In this document: positions 19,489 through 28,992 of the stretch, piece after piece
How positions within the stretch are numbered: position 1 is the stretch's first letter
How the letters are laid out: each line of letters begins with the position of its first letter
NCBI GenBank assembly: GCA_963767005.1
Contig: CAVYCN010000004.1
Coordinates: forward strand, 64,001 to 128,000
Source of the DNA: an uncultured Actinomycetes bacterium
GTDB taxonomy: Bacteria > Actinomycetota > Thermoleophilia > UBA2241
Reading direction: 5' to 3'
DNA: 64,000 bases
Notes under the pieces: generated by a model
Databases searched by the model: none
What the model was told of the DNA's origin: nothing
The model's input: the letters and a program-made list of their open reading frames with translations, nothing else
Program-made: the position numbers and the translations under genes

Positions 19489-20333
19489 GCGGCGGGCCGG
19501 CGAGCAACCTCTATCAGCCCGACCTCGTCGTGGTCGAGGCGATCACCGACGAGACGCCCGACACGCGCACCTACCGCCTGCGCTTCCGCGACCCCGAGCG
19601 CGCCGCGGCCTTCACGTTCCGCGCCGGGCAGTTCGGCGAGTACTCGGTGTTCGGCGCCGGCGAGTCGACCTTCTGCATCGCGAGCCCGCCGACGCGCACG
19701 GGCTACCTGGAGTGCACCGTCAAGGCCGCCGGCAAGGTCACCGGCAGCCTGCGCCAGGTCGACGTCGGCGACCTGCTCGGCTTTCGCGGCCCCTACGGCA
19801 ACGCCTTCCCGATCGAAGAGTGGGAGGGCCGCGACCTCGTCTTCATCGCCGGCGGCATCGGCCTCGCGCCCGTGCGCTGCGTCATCTGGAACGTGCTCGA
19901 CCGGCGCGAGCGCTACGGCGACGTGACGATCGTCTACGGCGCCCGCAGCGTGGCCGACCTCGTCTACAAGCACGAGCTCGAGGAGTGGGCCGCGCGCGAC
20001 GACGTGCGCCTGGTCACGACCGTCGACCCCGGCGGCGAGACGCCGGAGTGGCACGGCGAGGTGGGCTACGTGACGCCGGTGGTCGAGCGCACCGCGCCGC
20101 GCGCCGCGGGCGCCGTCGCGGTGCTCTGTGGGCCGCCGATCGTAGTCAAGCTGACGCTGCCGGTGCTCGCGCAGCTCGGCTTCGCCGACGAGGCCGTGTA
20201 CACGACCCTCGAGAACCGCATGAAGTGCGGCGTCGGCAAATGCGGGCGCTGCAACATCGGCTCCGTCTACGTCTGCAAGGACGGCCCCGTGTTCACCGCG
20301 TCCCAGCTCAAGGCGCTGCCTCAAGATTATTAG
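19485..20333 (+). CDS. flxA: FlxA-like FAD/NAD(H)-binding [2Fe-2S] oxidoreductase
   Basis: FRAGQF, GFRGPYGNAF, AGGIGLAP, CGPP, LENRMKCGVGKCGRCNIG..YVCKDGPVF; GTG 19485. Confidence 0.9.
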   Translation: MSGGPASNLYQPDLVVVEAITDETPDTRTYRLRFRDPERAAAFTFRAGQFGEYSVFGAGESTFCIASPPTRTGYLECTVKAAGKVTGSLRQVDVGDLLGFRGPYGNAFPIEEWEGRDLVFIAGGIGLAPVRCVIWNVLDRRERYGDVTIVYGARSVADLVYKHELEEWAARDDVRLVTTVDPGGETPEWHGEVGYVTPVVERTAPRAAGAVAVLCGPPIVVKLTLPVLAQLGFADEAVYTTLENRMKCGVGKCGRCNIGSVYVCKDGPVFTASQLKALPQDY

Positions 20334-20453
20334 GCGCGACGAAGTGACGCGCGCCTGAGCGCCGGCGACGCAGTCGATCCGGCGGACCAGGCGCGCGACG
20401 CCGACCGCCGCCTTCACGTCCGGTGTGGCCGCCCCCCGGTCCCGGACGTGAGA

Positions 20454-20487
20454 CGGGCGGGGCGGGCCGAACGGCCCGCCCCGCCCG
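20454..20487. terminator. GC hairpin between flxA and tRNA-Asp
   Basis: cgggcggggcgggccg-aa-cggcccgccccgcccg inverted repeat between convergent units. Confidence 0.55.
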
Positions 20488-20513
20488 GCAAGCAAGCGGC
20501 GCTGTGAAGGTGC

Positions 20514-20590
20514 TGGCGGGAGCGACGAGACTCGAACTCGCGACCTCCGGCGTGACAGGCCGGCGTTCTAACCAGCTGAACTACGCCCCC
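20514..20590 (-). tRNA. tRNA-Asp(GTC)
   Basis: GGGGGCGTAGTTCAGCTGGTTAGAACGCCGGCCT-GTC-ACGCCGGAGGTCGCGAGTTCGAGTCTCGTCGCTCCCGCCA; cloverleaf, encoded CCA; TACAAT upstream. Confidence 0.97.
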
Positions 20591-20775
20591 GCGCAAGCAG
20601 CGACGACCGGCGCCCCAGGGCGCACCGGTCGGCAGTGCAGCGACGACGGATTGTAGCAGATGCGGACGGGGCGACAAAACTCCGCGGCGTTGCGCCGGCC
20701 GCCGTCGCGGCCCCGGGCCCGGCGAACCCGCCGCCGTCGCACCCGCGGCGCGCGGCGCGGTACGATGGCTCGACC

Positions 20776-21582
20776 GTGAACGGACACGAACAGCCCGACA
20801 TCGAGTACGACGCCTACGGCTCGGACGAGCTCGCCGAGATCTACGACGCCGTGTACGCCGATCGTGACGACGCCGGCTTCTGGACGGCGCTCGCCCCCGC
20901 CGAGGGCGGCACGCTCGAGCTGGCCTGCGGCACTGGGCGCGTCCTGCTGCCTCTGGCGCGCGCCGGCCACGAGGTGGTCGGCCTCGACCTCTCGCCCGCC
21001 ATGCTCGCCCGCTGCCGGACCAGGCTCGCCGCCGAGCCGGCCGCGGTGCGCGAGCGCGTGCGCCTCGTCCAGGCCGACATGACCGCCTTCGACGTGGGCC
21101 GGCGCTTCGCCCTGGTCACGAGCCCTTTCCGCGGCTTCCAGCATCTCACCGCCGTCACCGACCAGCTCGCCTGCCTGGGACGCTGCCACGCCCACCTCGT
21201 CGCCGGCGGTCGCCTCGTGCTGGACCTGTTCAATCCGGACCCGGCCCTCCTGTATCCGGGCGGTGGGAGCGACGGCGAGGAGACGGCCGAGACGGTGGCC
21301 TGGACCGCCGGCCGCACCATCCGCTGGTGGGGCCACGTGACCGGCTACCATCGCGCCCGCCAGGTCAACCAGTGCGAGATGGTCTACGAGATCACGGAGT
21401 CCGGCGGCGCCACCCGCCGGGTGAGCGAGCGCTTCCCCATGCGGTACCTGTTCCGCCACGAGCTCGAGCACCTGCTGGCCCGCGCCGGCTTTGCGATCGA
21501 CGCCCTCTACGGCGACTACGACCGCTCGCCCTACGACGACGACTCGCCCGAGCTCATCGTCGTGGCCCGGCCGATCGCCTGA
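20776..21582 (+). CDS. Class I SAM-dependent methyltransferase
   Basis: LELACGTGR, GLDLSPAML, QADM, GGRLVLD; start trimmed to GTG 20776. Confidence 0.88.
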   Translation: MNGHEQPDIEYDAYGSDELAEIYDAVYADRDDAGFWTALAPAEGGTLELACGTGRVLLPLARAGHEVVGLDLSPAMLARCRTRLAAEPAAVRERVRLVQADMTAFDVGRRFALVTSPFRGFQHLTAVTDQLACLGRCHAHLVAGGRLVLDLFNPDPALLYPGGGSDGEETAETVAWTAGRTIRWWGHVTGYHRARQVNQCEMVYEITESGGATRRVSERFPMRYLFRHELEHLLARAGFAIDALYGDYDRSPYDDDSPELIVVARPIA

Positions 21583-21751
21583 CCGGCCGCCGCGCCGGCG
21601 CAGCAGCGCACGAGCCGGCGTACCACCGCCCCGCCCCACGTGCGCCGCCGCAACGCCGCGCGCCGCCGCCCCACCGGGAACCATGCCGCCACGGACCGCG
21701 GCGCCGGCACGGCGCGACGCCGCCCGCGAGACCGACGACCAAGGAGGACGA

Positions 21752-22510
21752 ATGAGCGGACGCCTCGCCGGCAAGGTGACGATCGTGACCGGCGCCGGCT
21801 CGGGCATCGGCAGGGCGACGGCGATCCGCTTCGCCGAAGAGGGCGCCCTGGTGACCTGCGTCGACATCGTGTCCGAGACGGTGGCGACGACGGCGGCCGA
21901 GATCGGCGATGCGGCCGTCGCCGTGACCGCCGACATCGCCGACCCCGAGCAGGTGCGCGCCTACACCGACGACACGGTGGCGCGTTGGGGCGGCGTGCAC
22001 GCGGTCTTCAACAACGCCGGCGTCAACCTGCCCGGCGTTTTCCACGAGGTGCCCGACGAAGTCATCGACCGTACGCTGAACGTCAACGTCAAGGGCACGA
22101 TGTACGGCTGCCGCTACGCCATCCCCCACATGCTCCGGGCCGGCGGCGGCTCGCTGATCAACACGAGCTCGGTGAACGGCATCGTCGCCGAGCCGTTCCT
22201 CACCGTCTACGCCGCCTCGAAGGGCGCGATCGTCATGCTTTCCAAGGGTATCGCGCTCGACTACGCCAAGCGCGGCATCCGCTGCAACGCGATCGCGCCG
22301 GGCTGGGTGGACACCCCGGTCAACTACGCCCACGCCGAAATGCTCGGCGGCCTCGAGCACGTCTACGCGACGATCGACTCGTTCCAGCCGATCGGCCGGC
22401 CGGGCGAGCCCCGCGAGATCGCCAACGTGGCCCTGTTCCTGGCCTCCGACGAATCGTCCTTCGTCACCGGGGCGCTGATCGTGGCCGACGGCGCGATGAC
22501 CGCGCAGTAG
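21752..22510 (+). CDS. Short-chain dehydrogenase/reductase
   Basis: SD AAGGAGG; TGAGSGIG, NNAG, YAASKGA. Confidence 0.92.
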   Translation: MSGRLAGKVTIVTGAGSGIGRATAIRFAEEGALVTCVDIVSETVATTAAEIGDAAVAVTADIADPEQVRAYTDDTVARWGGVHAVFNNAGVNLPGVFHEVPDEVIDRTLNVNVKGTMYGCRYAIPHMLRAGGGSLINTSSVNGIVAEPFLTVYAASKGAIVMLSKGIALDYAKRGIRCNAIAPGWVDTPVNYAHAEMLGGLEHVYATIDSFQPIGRPGEPREIANVALFLASDESSFVTGALIVADGAMTAQ

Positions 22511-22577
22511 ACGACGCAGCGCTCGCCGCGTCCGGCGATCCGTGCCGCCCGCTCGGCCGCGCGCTCGAGCCCTGCCG

Positions 22578-22931
22578 CTAGCCGGCGCGCGTGCCGTTCG
22601 GCAGCGGCCGCTCCGGCACGGCCAGCGCCGGCGCGATGCCGTCGGCGTAGCCGAGGTCGAGGAACATCGCCTCGGACAGCACGCCGGCCATCTCGCGCGG
22701 CTCCAGGTTGACGACGAAGAGCGTCTGCACGCCGACGAGCGCGCCCGGGTCGGCGCGCTCTTTCTTCATGCCGGCGAGGACGGTGCGCCGCCGGTCGCCG
22801 AAGTCGACGACGAACCGCACGAGCTTGCTCGAGCCGTCGACGTCGTGGACGCTCTCGATCGTCCCCACACGGATGTCGAGCGCCTCGAGCTGGGCGAGCG
22901 GCACGAACGGCTTGATCGGGGCAGGTTTCAT
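22578..22931 (-). CDS. tRNA-binding OB-fold protein (Trbp111/CsaA-like)
   Basis: LDIRVGTI, VDFGDRRRTVLAG, VVNLEPREMAGVLSEAM. Confidence 0.85.
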   Translation of the reverse strand: MKPAPIKPFVPLAQLEALDIRVGTIESVHDVDGSSKLVRFVVDFGDRRRTVLAGMKKERADPGALVGVQTLFVVNLEPREMAGVLSEAMFLDLGYADGIAPALAVPERPLPNGTRAG

Positions 22932-22936
22932 GCTCC

Positions 22937-23536
22937 TCACCTCCGCCCAGACCAGCCGTGGAGCAGGGTGGTCACCACCGCGGCTTCGCCATCGGCGGCC
23001 TGCAGGCGCCCGTTGGCCACTTCGTGCAGGACCATCACCATCGCGCCGCCGAACACGGCGCTCAGGGCAGTCGAGGACAGCTCCCGCGGGAACTCTCGCG
23101 AAAGCCTGCCCCGCTCGAAGAGCGTGAGGATGGGCTGCTGGAAGCGCCGCTCGATGTCGCGGCGCTGGTCCCGAGCGGGCTGCAGGGTCTCCTGGACGAG
23201 CAGGAACCGGTAGCGGTCGCTCATCTCGAACAGCGCCGCGATGAGCCGGGTCAGGGCCTCGCTCGCACCGCCTTCGTCGAGCCGGCTCGCGGCGATCGCG
23301 CGCTCCACGTCGTCGAGCGCCCGCGCCAGGATCGCCTCGATCAGCACCTCCCGCGTGGGGAAGTGACGGTACAGTGTGGCGCGGCCGATCCGCGACTCGG
23401 CAGCGATCTCGGCCATCCCCGCAGCCGGATCGAGCGACAGCAGTCGGGCGGCGTGATCGAGCACCGCCTGGCGGTTACGCTCTGCGTCGGCCCGCCGGCC
23501 GTAGGGACGTTCGGCGGGCTCGGCTTCGTGCGTCAT
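22937..23536 (-). CDS. TetR/AcrR family regulator
   Basis: RADAERNRQAVL...MAEIAAESRIGRATLYRHFPTRE HTH. Confidence 0.92.
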   Translation of the reverse strand: MTHEAEPAERPYGRRADAERNRQAVLDHAARLLSLDPAAGMAEIAAESRIGRATLYRHFPTREVLIEAILARALDDVERAIAASRLDEGGASEALTRLIAALFEMSDRYRFLLVQETLQPARDQRRDIERRFQQPILTLFERGRLSREFPRELSSTALSAVFGGAMVMVLHEVANGRLQAADGEAAVVTTLLHGWSGRR

Positions 23537-23572
23537 GGGCAGGACTCCGACAACGATGCCTTCACTCGAACT

Positions 23573-25771
23573 CTACTCCCGGGTCGGCCCGGGCGCCGCC
23601 GCGGCGCTCGCGACCGTCTCGGGCGACGCCTCGCCGGCGCCGACCGTCGGCCCACCCGCGACGACCGCCGCAGGCGCGAGCGCCCGTCCGCCCTGGTGTC
23701 CCGGCCACCAGACGCGATGGCCGAGCAGGGTGGCGACGCTGGGCACGAGCGTCGCGGCCATGACGAAGGCCACGAGCATGATGCCGACGGCGACGGCAAA
23801 GCCCATCTCGGCGAGCAGCGTGACGCCGGCGGTCAGCAGCGACGCGAACGTGCCGGCCAGGATGACGCCGGCCGAGGCCACCGTGGGGCCGCCGTGAGCG
23901 ACCGCCATCGCGGCGGCGTCGTGCGGGCTCGCGCCCTCGACGATCTCCTCGCGCAGACGGGTCGTCAGCAGGATGTTGTAGTCGGTGCCGACGGCGACCA
24001 CGAACAGGTACACGATCATCGGCATGGCGAACATGATGCCGGCGTCGCCCCCTATCCACTGGAAGACGATCACCGAGGCGCCGAGCGTGGCCGCGAAGCC
24101 GAGCGCCACGCCGGCCAGCAGGTAGAACGGGGCGACGAGACTGCGCAGCAGCACGGCGAGGATGAGCAGGATGAGCAGCGCCGCGACCGGATAGACCACG
24201 CGGTAGTCGCGGTTGGACGCCGCGCGCACGTCGGCGAAGCCCATGCTCTGCCCGCCGACGAGCGCCTGGTGGCCCTGCCCGGCGGCGGCGTGCGCCACGT
24301 CCTTCAGGCGCTCCACGACGGCGAGTGCCTGGTTGCTGAGCGGCGCGACCACAAGACTTGCGTCGAACGCCGCCGTGCGGCCGTCCTTGGTCGACCCCGC
24401 CGCGGTCACGGTCGCCACGCCGCCCACGCTCCTGAGCCGCGCGGCAAAGGCCGTCATCTCGCTTGCGGCCAGGGGGCGCGAGCCCGTCAGATAGACCTGG
24501 GTCGGGCTGAGGGCGCCGGCCGGGAAGGCGCTCTCGAGCAGCGTGGTCGCCCGCGCCGACTCGGTCTTCGAGGGGAGCTGCCCGCCGATGTCGTAGCTCG
24601 CGTGCATGAAGAACGCGCCGACGGCGAGCGCCACGAGGATGCCTCCCGACGCGAGCGCCATGCGCCCCGGCTGACGCGCGATCCGACCGGCGATCGCCTG
24701 CCAGATGCGGCTGGGCCGCGCCGTCCGCCAGTGCTTCGACGGCCAGAACACGTTCGGCCCGATCAGCGCGAGCAACGCGGGGATCAGGGTGAGCGCGGCC
24801 AGCAGCATGAGCGCGACAGAGGTGACGAAGGCCGGGGCCATCGTCTGGAACGATTTGAGGTCGGAGAGGCCGAGCGCGGCCATGGCGGCGATCACGACGA
24901 AGGCCGACGACGCAATGGCCACTCCCACGCGATGCACGGCGGTGCGCACCGCGACGCGCGATTCGTCGCCGGCGCGCAGGCGCTCCCGGTAGCGGAACAG
25001 CAGAAAGAGGATGTAGTCGGTGCCGATCCCGAACAGCACGACGACGAGCAGCGTGGTAAGCGAGGCGTCGACCTTGAAGCCGAAATACTTGGCGAGGTCG
25101 GCCAGGACCGACGTCGAGAGCGCGTAGACCAGGCCGATCGAGGCGACGGGCAGCGCTCCGGCGATCGGGCTGCGGAAGATCACGCCGAGCAACACGATGA
25201 TCAGGACGATGGTGACGATCGCCACGATCCTGGTCGCCGAGTCGAACGACTTCATCGTGTCGTAGGCCATGGCGACGGTGCCGGCCAGACCGGCCTTCAG
25301 GCCGCTGCCGGCGAGCAGACTCGTCGCCTTGGCGCGCAGCAGCGGCACGGCGTCCTGCAGGCTCTTGTCGGTGGGGGCACCCTTGAAGAGCACGGTCACG
25401 AGCTGCATCTTGCCGTTCGGCGCGATCATGCTGCGGCTCGTGACGACCCCCGCCACGTGGGCGATGTGCGCCTGGTTCAGGCCGAGCGTCAGGGCGCCGA
25501 CGCGGGCCAGGTCGGCGGTCGTCAGCCGGGCGCCGTCGGCGCGCCGCACCACGAAGACGCTCGTGGCGTCGGCGTTCTGCGGAAAGGCCCGGGTCGCCAG
25601 GTCCTGGGCCTTCATCGACTCATACGACTTGGGCAGGAAGCTGGTCTGGTCGGAGCTCGAGACGCTCGCCAGCGACGGCGAGAGCGCGACGATCGCGACG
25701 GCGGCGATCACCCAGGCGACGATCACCCACCACGGGCGGCGGGTCACGAGCTGACCAAGTCGAGGGAACAC
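23573..25771 (-). CDS. MMPL (RND-like) family transporter
   Basis: Two GIGTDY/AVGTDY motifs, ~12 TM with two extracellular loops; GTG 25771 after CAGGAGG. Confidence 0.92.
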   Translation of the reverse strand: MFPRLGQLVTRRPWWVIVAWVIAAVAIVALSPSLASVSSSDQTSFLPKSYESMKAQDLATRAFPQNADATSVFVVRRADGARLTTADLARVGALTLGLNQAHIAHVAGVVTSRSMIAPNGKMQLVTVLFKGAPTDKSLQDAVPLLRAKATSLLAGSGLKAGLAGTVAMAYDTMKSFDSATRIVAIVTIVLIIVLLGVIFRSPIAGALPVASIGLVYALSTSVLADLAKYFGFKVDASLTTLLVVVLFGIGTDYILFLLFRYRERLRAGDESRVAVRTAVHRVGVAIASSAFVVIAAMAALGLSDLKSFQTMAPAFVTSVALMLLAALTLIPALLALIGPNVFWPSKHWRTARPSRIWQAIAGRIARQPGRMALASGGILVALAVGAFFMHASYDIGGQLPSKTESARATTLLESAFPAGALSPTQVYLTGSRPLAASEMTAFAARLRSVGGVATVTAAGSTKDGRTAAFDASLVVAPLSNQALAVVERLKDVAHAAAGQGHQALVGGQSMGFADVRAASNRDYRVVYPVAALLILLILAVLLRSLVAPFYLLAGVALGFAATLGASVIVFQWIGGDAGIMFAMPMIVYLFVVAVGTDYNILLTTRLREEIVEGASPHDAAAMAVAHGGPTVASAGVILAGTFASLLTAGVTLLAEMGFAVAVGIMLVAFVMAATLVPSVATLLGHRVWWPGHQGGRALAPAAVVAGGPTVGAGEASPETVASAAAAPGPTRE

Positions 25772-25797
25772 GCTGCAGACCTCCTGGACGACGTCCA

Positions 25798-25850
25798 AAC
25801 AGAGACAGACGAATCTCGGAAAGATAAGACTCGTCCGTCTCTGTTGTCAA
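25798..25850 (-). promoter_or_regulatory. mmpL-tetR promoter with probable paired TetR operators
   Basis: Minus strand TTGACA-18 nt-TATCTT; arms acagagac(a/g)gacga(a/g)tct form an inverted repeat, each a GAGAC-N6-GTCTC-like palindrome. Confidence 0.65.
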
Positions 25851-25882
25851 CCTATGCGGGCGCCGGTGCCCGGGCGATGGAC

Positions 25883-26755
25883 CTACCCGCCTCGCCCGCC
25901 TCGAGCTGTGGCCACCAGGTAGATCCTGTTGAACACGAGATCGACGAGGCCGTCGTCGGCGCGCTGGGTCGCGAACGACGAGCGCAGCAGGCGTCCGAAG
26001 AGCTCCGCATACCAGTCCGGCAGCGGCGCGGTGTAGTTGCCCGGGTCGAGGTAGCCGGCCGCGGCCCCGCTCTCGAACACCCGCACGACGTCGTCGGGCG
26101 CGCGGCGGGACCGGGTGACGTCGATCCGCGCAAGCTCGACGCGAAAGCCGGCCGCCGCGAAGAGCTCGGCGTACTGGTCCGCGCTCTCCAGAAAGAACCA
26201 CGGGCTGCGAAAGCCGGCGAAGACGGGTCCCGTCTGGGCATCGGCGGCGACGTCGTCGAGGGCGGTCAGGAAGTTCGGGCAGTAGCGAGCGCCCGCGGGG
26301 GCCTGGATCCCCATGCGGCCTCCGGAGCGCAGCGCCCGGCGGCAGGACTCGAGCGTCCGACGTGGGTCGGGGAGCCACTGGAACGCCGAGTTGCAGAAGA
26401 TCACGTCGAAGCGCGCCCGCTGTGGCAGCGTCTCCGCCGTGCCGACGCGGAAGCGCAGGTGTTTGCCACCGTGGCCGGCGGTCGCCTGGTCGATCATCCG
26501 CACCGACGGGTCGACCCCGAGGACCCGGCCGGCGGTCATCTGGCCGATCCGCTCGGTGAGGTGGCCGGTGCCGCAGCCGAGGTCCAGCACGTCGTCGTGA
26601 GGGCCGATCCGCAGAAGGTCGAGGAGTCGCTCGGACGCCGCCTTCTGGACGAGGGAGTCTCGCTCGTAGCGATCCGCGATGCCGTCGAAGCCGGACGGGC
26701 GCGGCGGCACGTGGGCCTCCGCCCCGCTCGCAGGCTGATCGCCGTTCGTGGCCAT
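25883..26755 (-). CDS. Class I SAM-dependent methyltransferase (Tam/BioC-like)
   Basis: VLDLGCGTG, GVDPSVRMI, FDVIFCNSAFQW. Confidence 0.88.
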   Translation of the reverse strand: MATNGDQPASGAEAHVPPRPSGFDGIADRYERDSLVQKAASERLLDLLRIGPHDDVLDLGCGTGHLTERIGQMTAGRVLGVDPSVRMIDQATAGHGGKHLRFRVGTAETLPQRARFDVIFCNSAFQWLPDPRRTLESCRRALRSGGRMGIQAPAGARYCPNFLTALDDVAADAQTGPVFAGFRSPWFFLESADQYAELFAAAGFRVELARIDVTRSRRAPDDVVRVFESGAAAGYLDPGNYTAPLPDWYAELFGRLLRSSFATQRADDGLVDLVFNRIYLVATARGGRGG

Positions 26756-27867
26756 CAGGGCTCACCCTCGCCGAGCGCCAGGCGCACGAGCCGGTCGAGC
26801 AGCTCGCCGAACGGGATCCCGGCCGCCGCCGCGGCCTTGGGCAGCAGGCTGTTGATCGTCATGCCGGGCAGCGTGTTGACCTCGAGCACGACCGGTCCGC
26901 GATCCTCCGTCACGATCATGTCGACGCGGGCGTAGCCGCGGCAGTCGAGAGCACGGAAGGCGCGGATGGCGAGCTCCTGGATGGCCGCGGCCTCCGGGTC
27001 GGGCAGCTCGGCCGGACAGATGTCGTCGGTGAGCGCGGGGTCATACTTGGCCAGGTAGTCGAAGAAGGCGGCCTTCGTGACGATCTCGACCACCGGCAGC
27101 GCCGTCGGCCGGCGGTCGCCGATCACGCCCACCGTGATCTCGCGCCCCTCGAGCAACTCCTCGACCAGGACGCGACTGTCGTAGGCGAAGGCCTCCCCGA
27201 GGGCCGGCCGGAGCTGCTCCGTCCTGTCCACGCGGCTCATGCCCACGCTCGAGCCCTGCCTCGAGGGCTTGACGAAGGCGGGCAGCCGGGCGGCGGCGCG
27301 GCCGAGCGTCTCGTCGTCGAGCTCGACGCGCTCGATGACGACGGCGCGCGGCACCTGGATGCCCTCCGCGGCGAGCACCTTGTTCGCCATCGTCTTGTCC
27401 ATGGCGAGCGCCGAGGCCAGCACGCCCGAGCCTACGTAGGGAATCCCCAGGATCTCGAGCATGCCCTGCAGCGTCCCGTCCTCGCCGTAGGGGCCGTGCA
27501 GCGCGATGAAGGCCACGTCGATGCGCGGCTTATTATCGACGATGCCCACGGCTTCGGTCGCCGGAGCGGCCGCCGTGGCGGCGCTCTGAATCTCCGCCTG
27601 GAAGGCGGCCGGCAGCTCGCGATCCCGCTCGCCGAGCTCCTCGGGCGCGCCGGAGTGCGCCAGCAGCGTCCGCGCCTTCGCGGCGAGATCGGGCGGCAGC
27701 TTCGGGTTGCCCGCCATCAGCGCGAGCGAGTCGAACAGGAGGACCTCGTAGCGGTCGGGGGGCAGATGGTCGGCGATCATGCGACCGGTAGCGAGCGAGA
27801 TCTCGCGCTCGGCCGAGGCACCGCCGAGCAGCACGCCGACCCGTATACGACGATCGGTGTCACCCAT
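26755..27867 (-). CDS. ddl: D-alanine--D-alanine ligase
   Basis: GGASAEREISL, ALHGPYGEDG, AMDK, KPSRQGSSVG, FFDYLAKY, RVDM, EVNTLPGMT. Confidence 0.93.
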   Translation of the reverse strand: MGDTDRRIRVGVLLGGASAEREISLATGRMIADHLPPDRYEVLLFDSLALMAGNPKLPPDLAAKARTLLAHSGAPEELGERDRELPAAFQAEIQSAATAAAPATEAVGIVDNKPRIDVAFIALHGPYGEDGTLQGMLEILGIPYVGSGVLASALAMDKTMANKVLAAEGIQVPRAVVIERVELDDETLGRAAARLPAFVKPSRQGSSVGMSRVDRTEQLRPALGEAFAYDSRVLVEELLEGREITVGVIGDRRPTALPVVEIVTKAAFFDYLAKYDPALTDDICPAELPDPEAAAIQELAIRAFRALDCRGYARVDMIVTEDRGPVVLEVNTLPGMTINSLLPKAAAAAGIPFGELLDRLVRLALGEGEP

Positions 27868-28015
27868 ATCAGCCTCCCTGTCGCCGCCCCGGATACGGCC
27901 GGCGACTCCCTTCCTGCGGGGCCGCTGTCACACTTGGGACCCCAGCCGTTCGCGGAGCTTTCAGGCAGACGGCGATCCGCCGGTCGCGGCCCTGGGCGGC
28001 GGCGCTGGCGACGAC

Positions 28016-28090
28016 TGGTGGGCGATGCTGGATTTGAACCAGCGACTCCCTGCTTGTAAGGCAGGTGCTCTACCCCTGAGCTAATCGCCC
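28016..28090 (-). tRNA. tRNA-Val(TAC)
   Basis: GGGCGATTAGCTCAGGGGTAGAGCACCTGCCT-TAC-AAGCAGGGAGTCGCTGGTTCAAATCCAGCATCGCCCACCA; TATAAT at 28109-14. Confidence 0.97.
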
Positions 28091-28137
28091 CCCGATGCGG
28101 CAACGCGGATTATACAGACCGTGGGTAGACTACCGGC

Positions 28138-28992
28138 GTGGACCGGACCGCGAGACCGACGACGGGCGCCGCCGAGAGCGGCGACGCGGCGCTGGCCGTG
28201 GGGCCGGACCGACCTGCCACGGCGGCGCCGGCGAGTAAGCTGGCCGTCGAGCACCTGACGTACGCGGTCGCCACGGGCGGCGAGCGTCACGTCATCCTGG
28301 ACGATGTCTCGCTCGCCGTGCCGGCCGGCCGGTTCTTCACCATCCTCGGGCCGTCCGGCAGCGGCAAGAGCACGCTGCTGCGCTGCGTCAACCGCCTGAT
28401 CGAGCCCGGCGCGGGCGCCGTCCTGCTCGACGGCGAGCTGGTGTCGGGCCTGCCGGTGCAGACGCTGCGGCGGCGCGTCGGCATGGTGTTCCAGACGGCC
28501 GCGCTGTTCGAGGGCACTGTGCTCGACAACGTGCTCTACGGCCCGCGCCTGCGCCGCGAGCAGCTCGACGGGAGCCTCGCCGACGAGCTGCTCGAACGCG
28601 TCGGCCTGCCGCGCACCTTCGCGGCCAAGCCGGTCGGCGAGCTGTCGGGCGGCGAGGCGCAGCGCGTCTCGCTGGCGCGCGCCCTCGCCAACCGCCCCGA
28701 GGTGCTGCTCCTCGACGAGCCGACCGCCTCGCTCGACCCGACGGCGAGCGCCCAGGTCGAGCGCCTGCTCGTGACGCTCGCCGCCGAGACCGACCTCACC
28801 TGTCTGTTCGTCACCCACGACCTCGACCAGGCGCGCCGCGTCGGCGACCGCGGGCTCCTGCTGGTCGACGGCCGCGTCATCGAGGAGGGCCCCCTCGCCG
28901 AGATGCTCGCCGACCCCGGCACCGACATCATGCGCCTGTTCATCGAGGGGCGTCTGACCGGCGAAGGCGGGACCCAGGGAAGCACGCCGTGA
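28138..28992 (+). CDS. fetA: ABC transporter ATP-binding protein (FetA/YbbL-like)
   Basis: GPSGSGKS, LSGGEAQR, LLLDEPT, H-loop; coupled to a UPF0014 permease. Confidence 0.8.
   Translation: MDRTARPTTGAAESGDAALAVGPDRPATAAPASKLAVEHLTYAVATGGERHVILDDVSLAVPAGRFFTILGPSGSGKSTLLRCVNRLIEPGAGAVLLDGELVSGLPVQTLRRRVGMVFQTAALFEGTVLDNVLYGPRLRREQLDGSLADELLERVGLPRTFAAKPVGELSGGEAQRVSLARALANRPEVLLLDEPTASLDPTASAQVERLLVTLAAETDLTCLFVTHDLDQARRVGDRGLLLVDGRVIEEGPLAEMLADPGTDIMRLFIEGRLTGEGGTQGSTP

Noticed and set aside
13137-20333. Selenocysteine recoding in HdrA or MvhD; methanogen-type Mvh hydrogenase
   Set aside because: The ORFs are uninterrupted with Cys at the conserved sites; no NiFe large or small subunit is present.
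20514-28090. Integrative island between or next to tRNA-Asp and tRNA-Val
   Set aside because: No integrase, no duplicated tRNA 3' end found and no evident composition shift.
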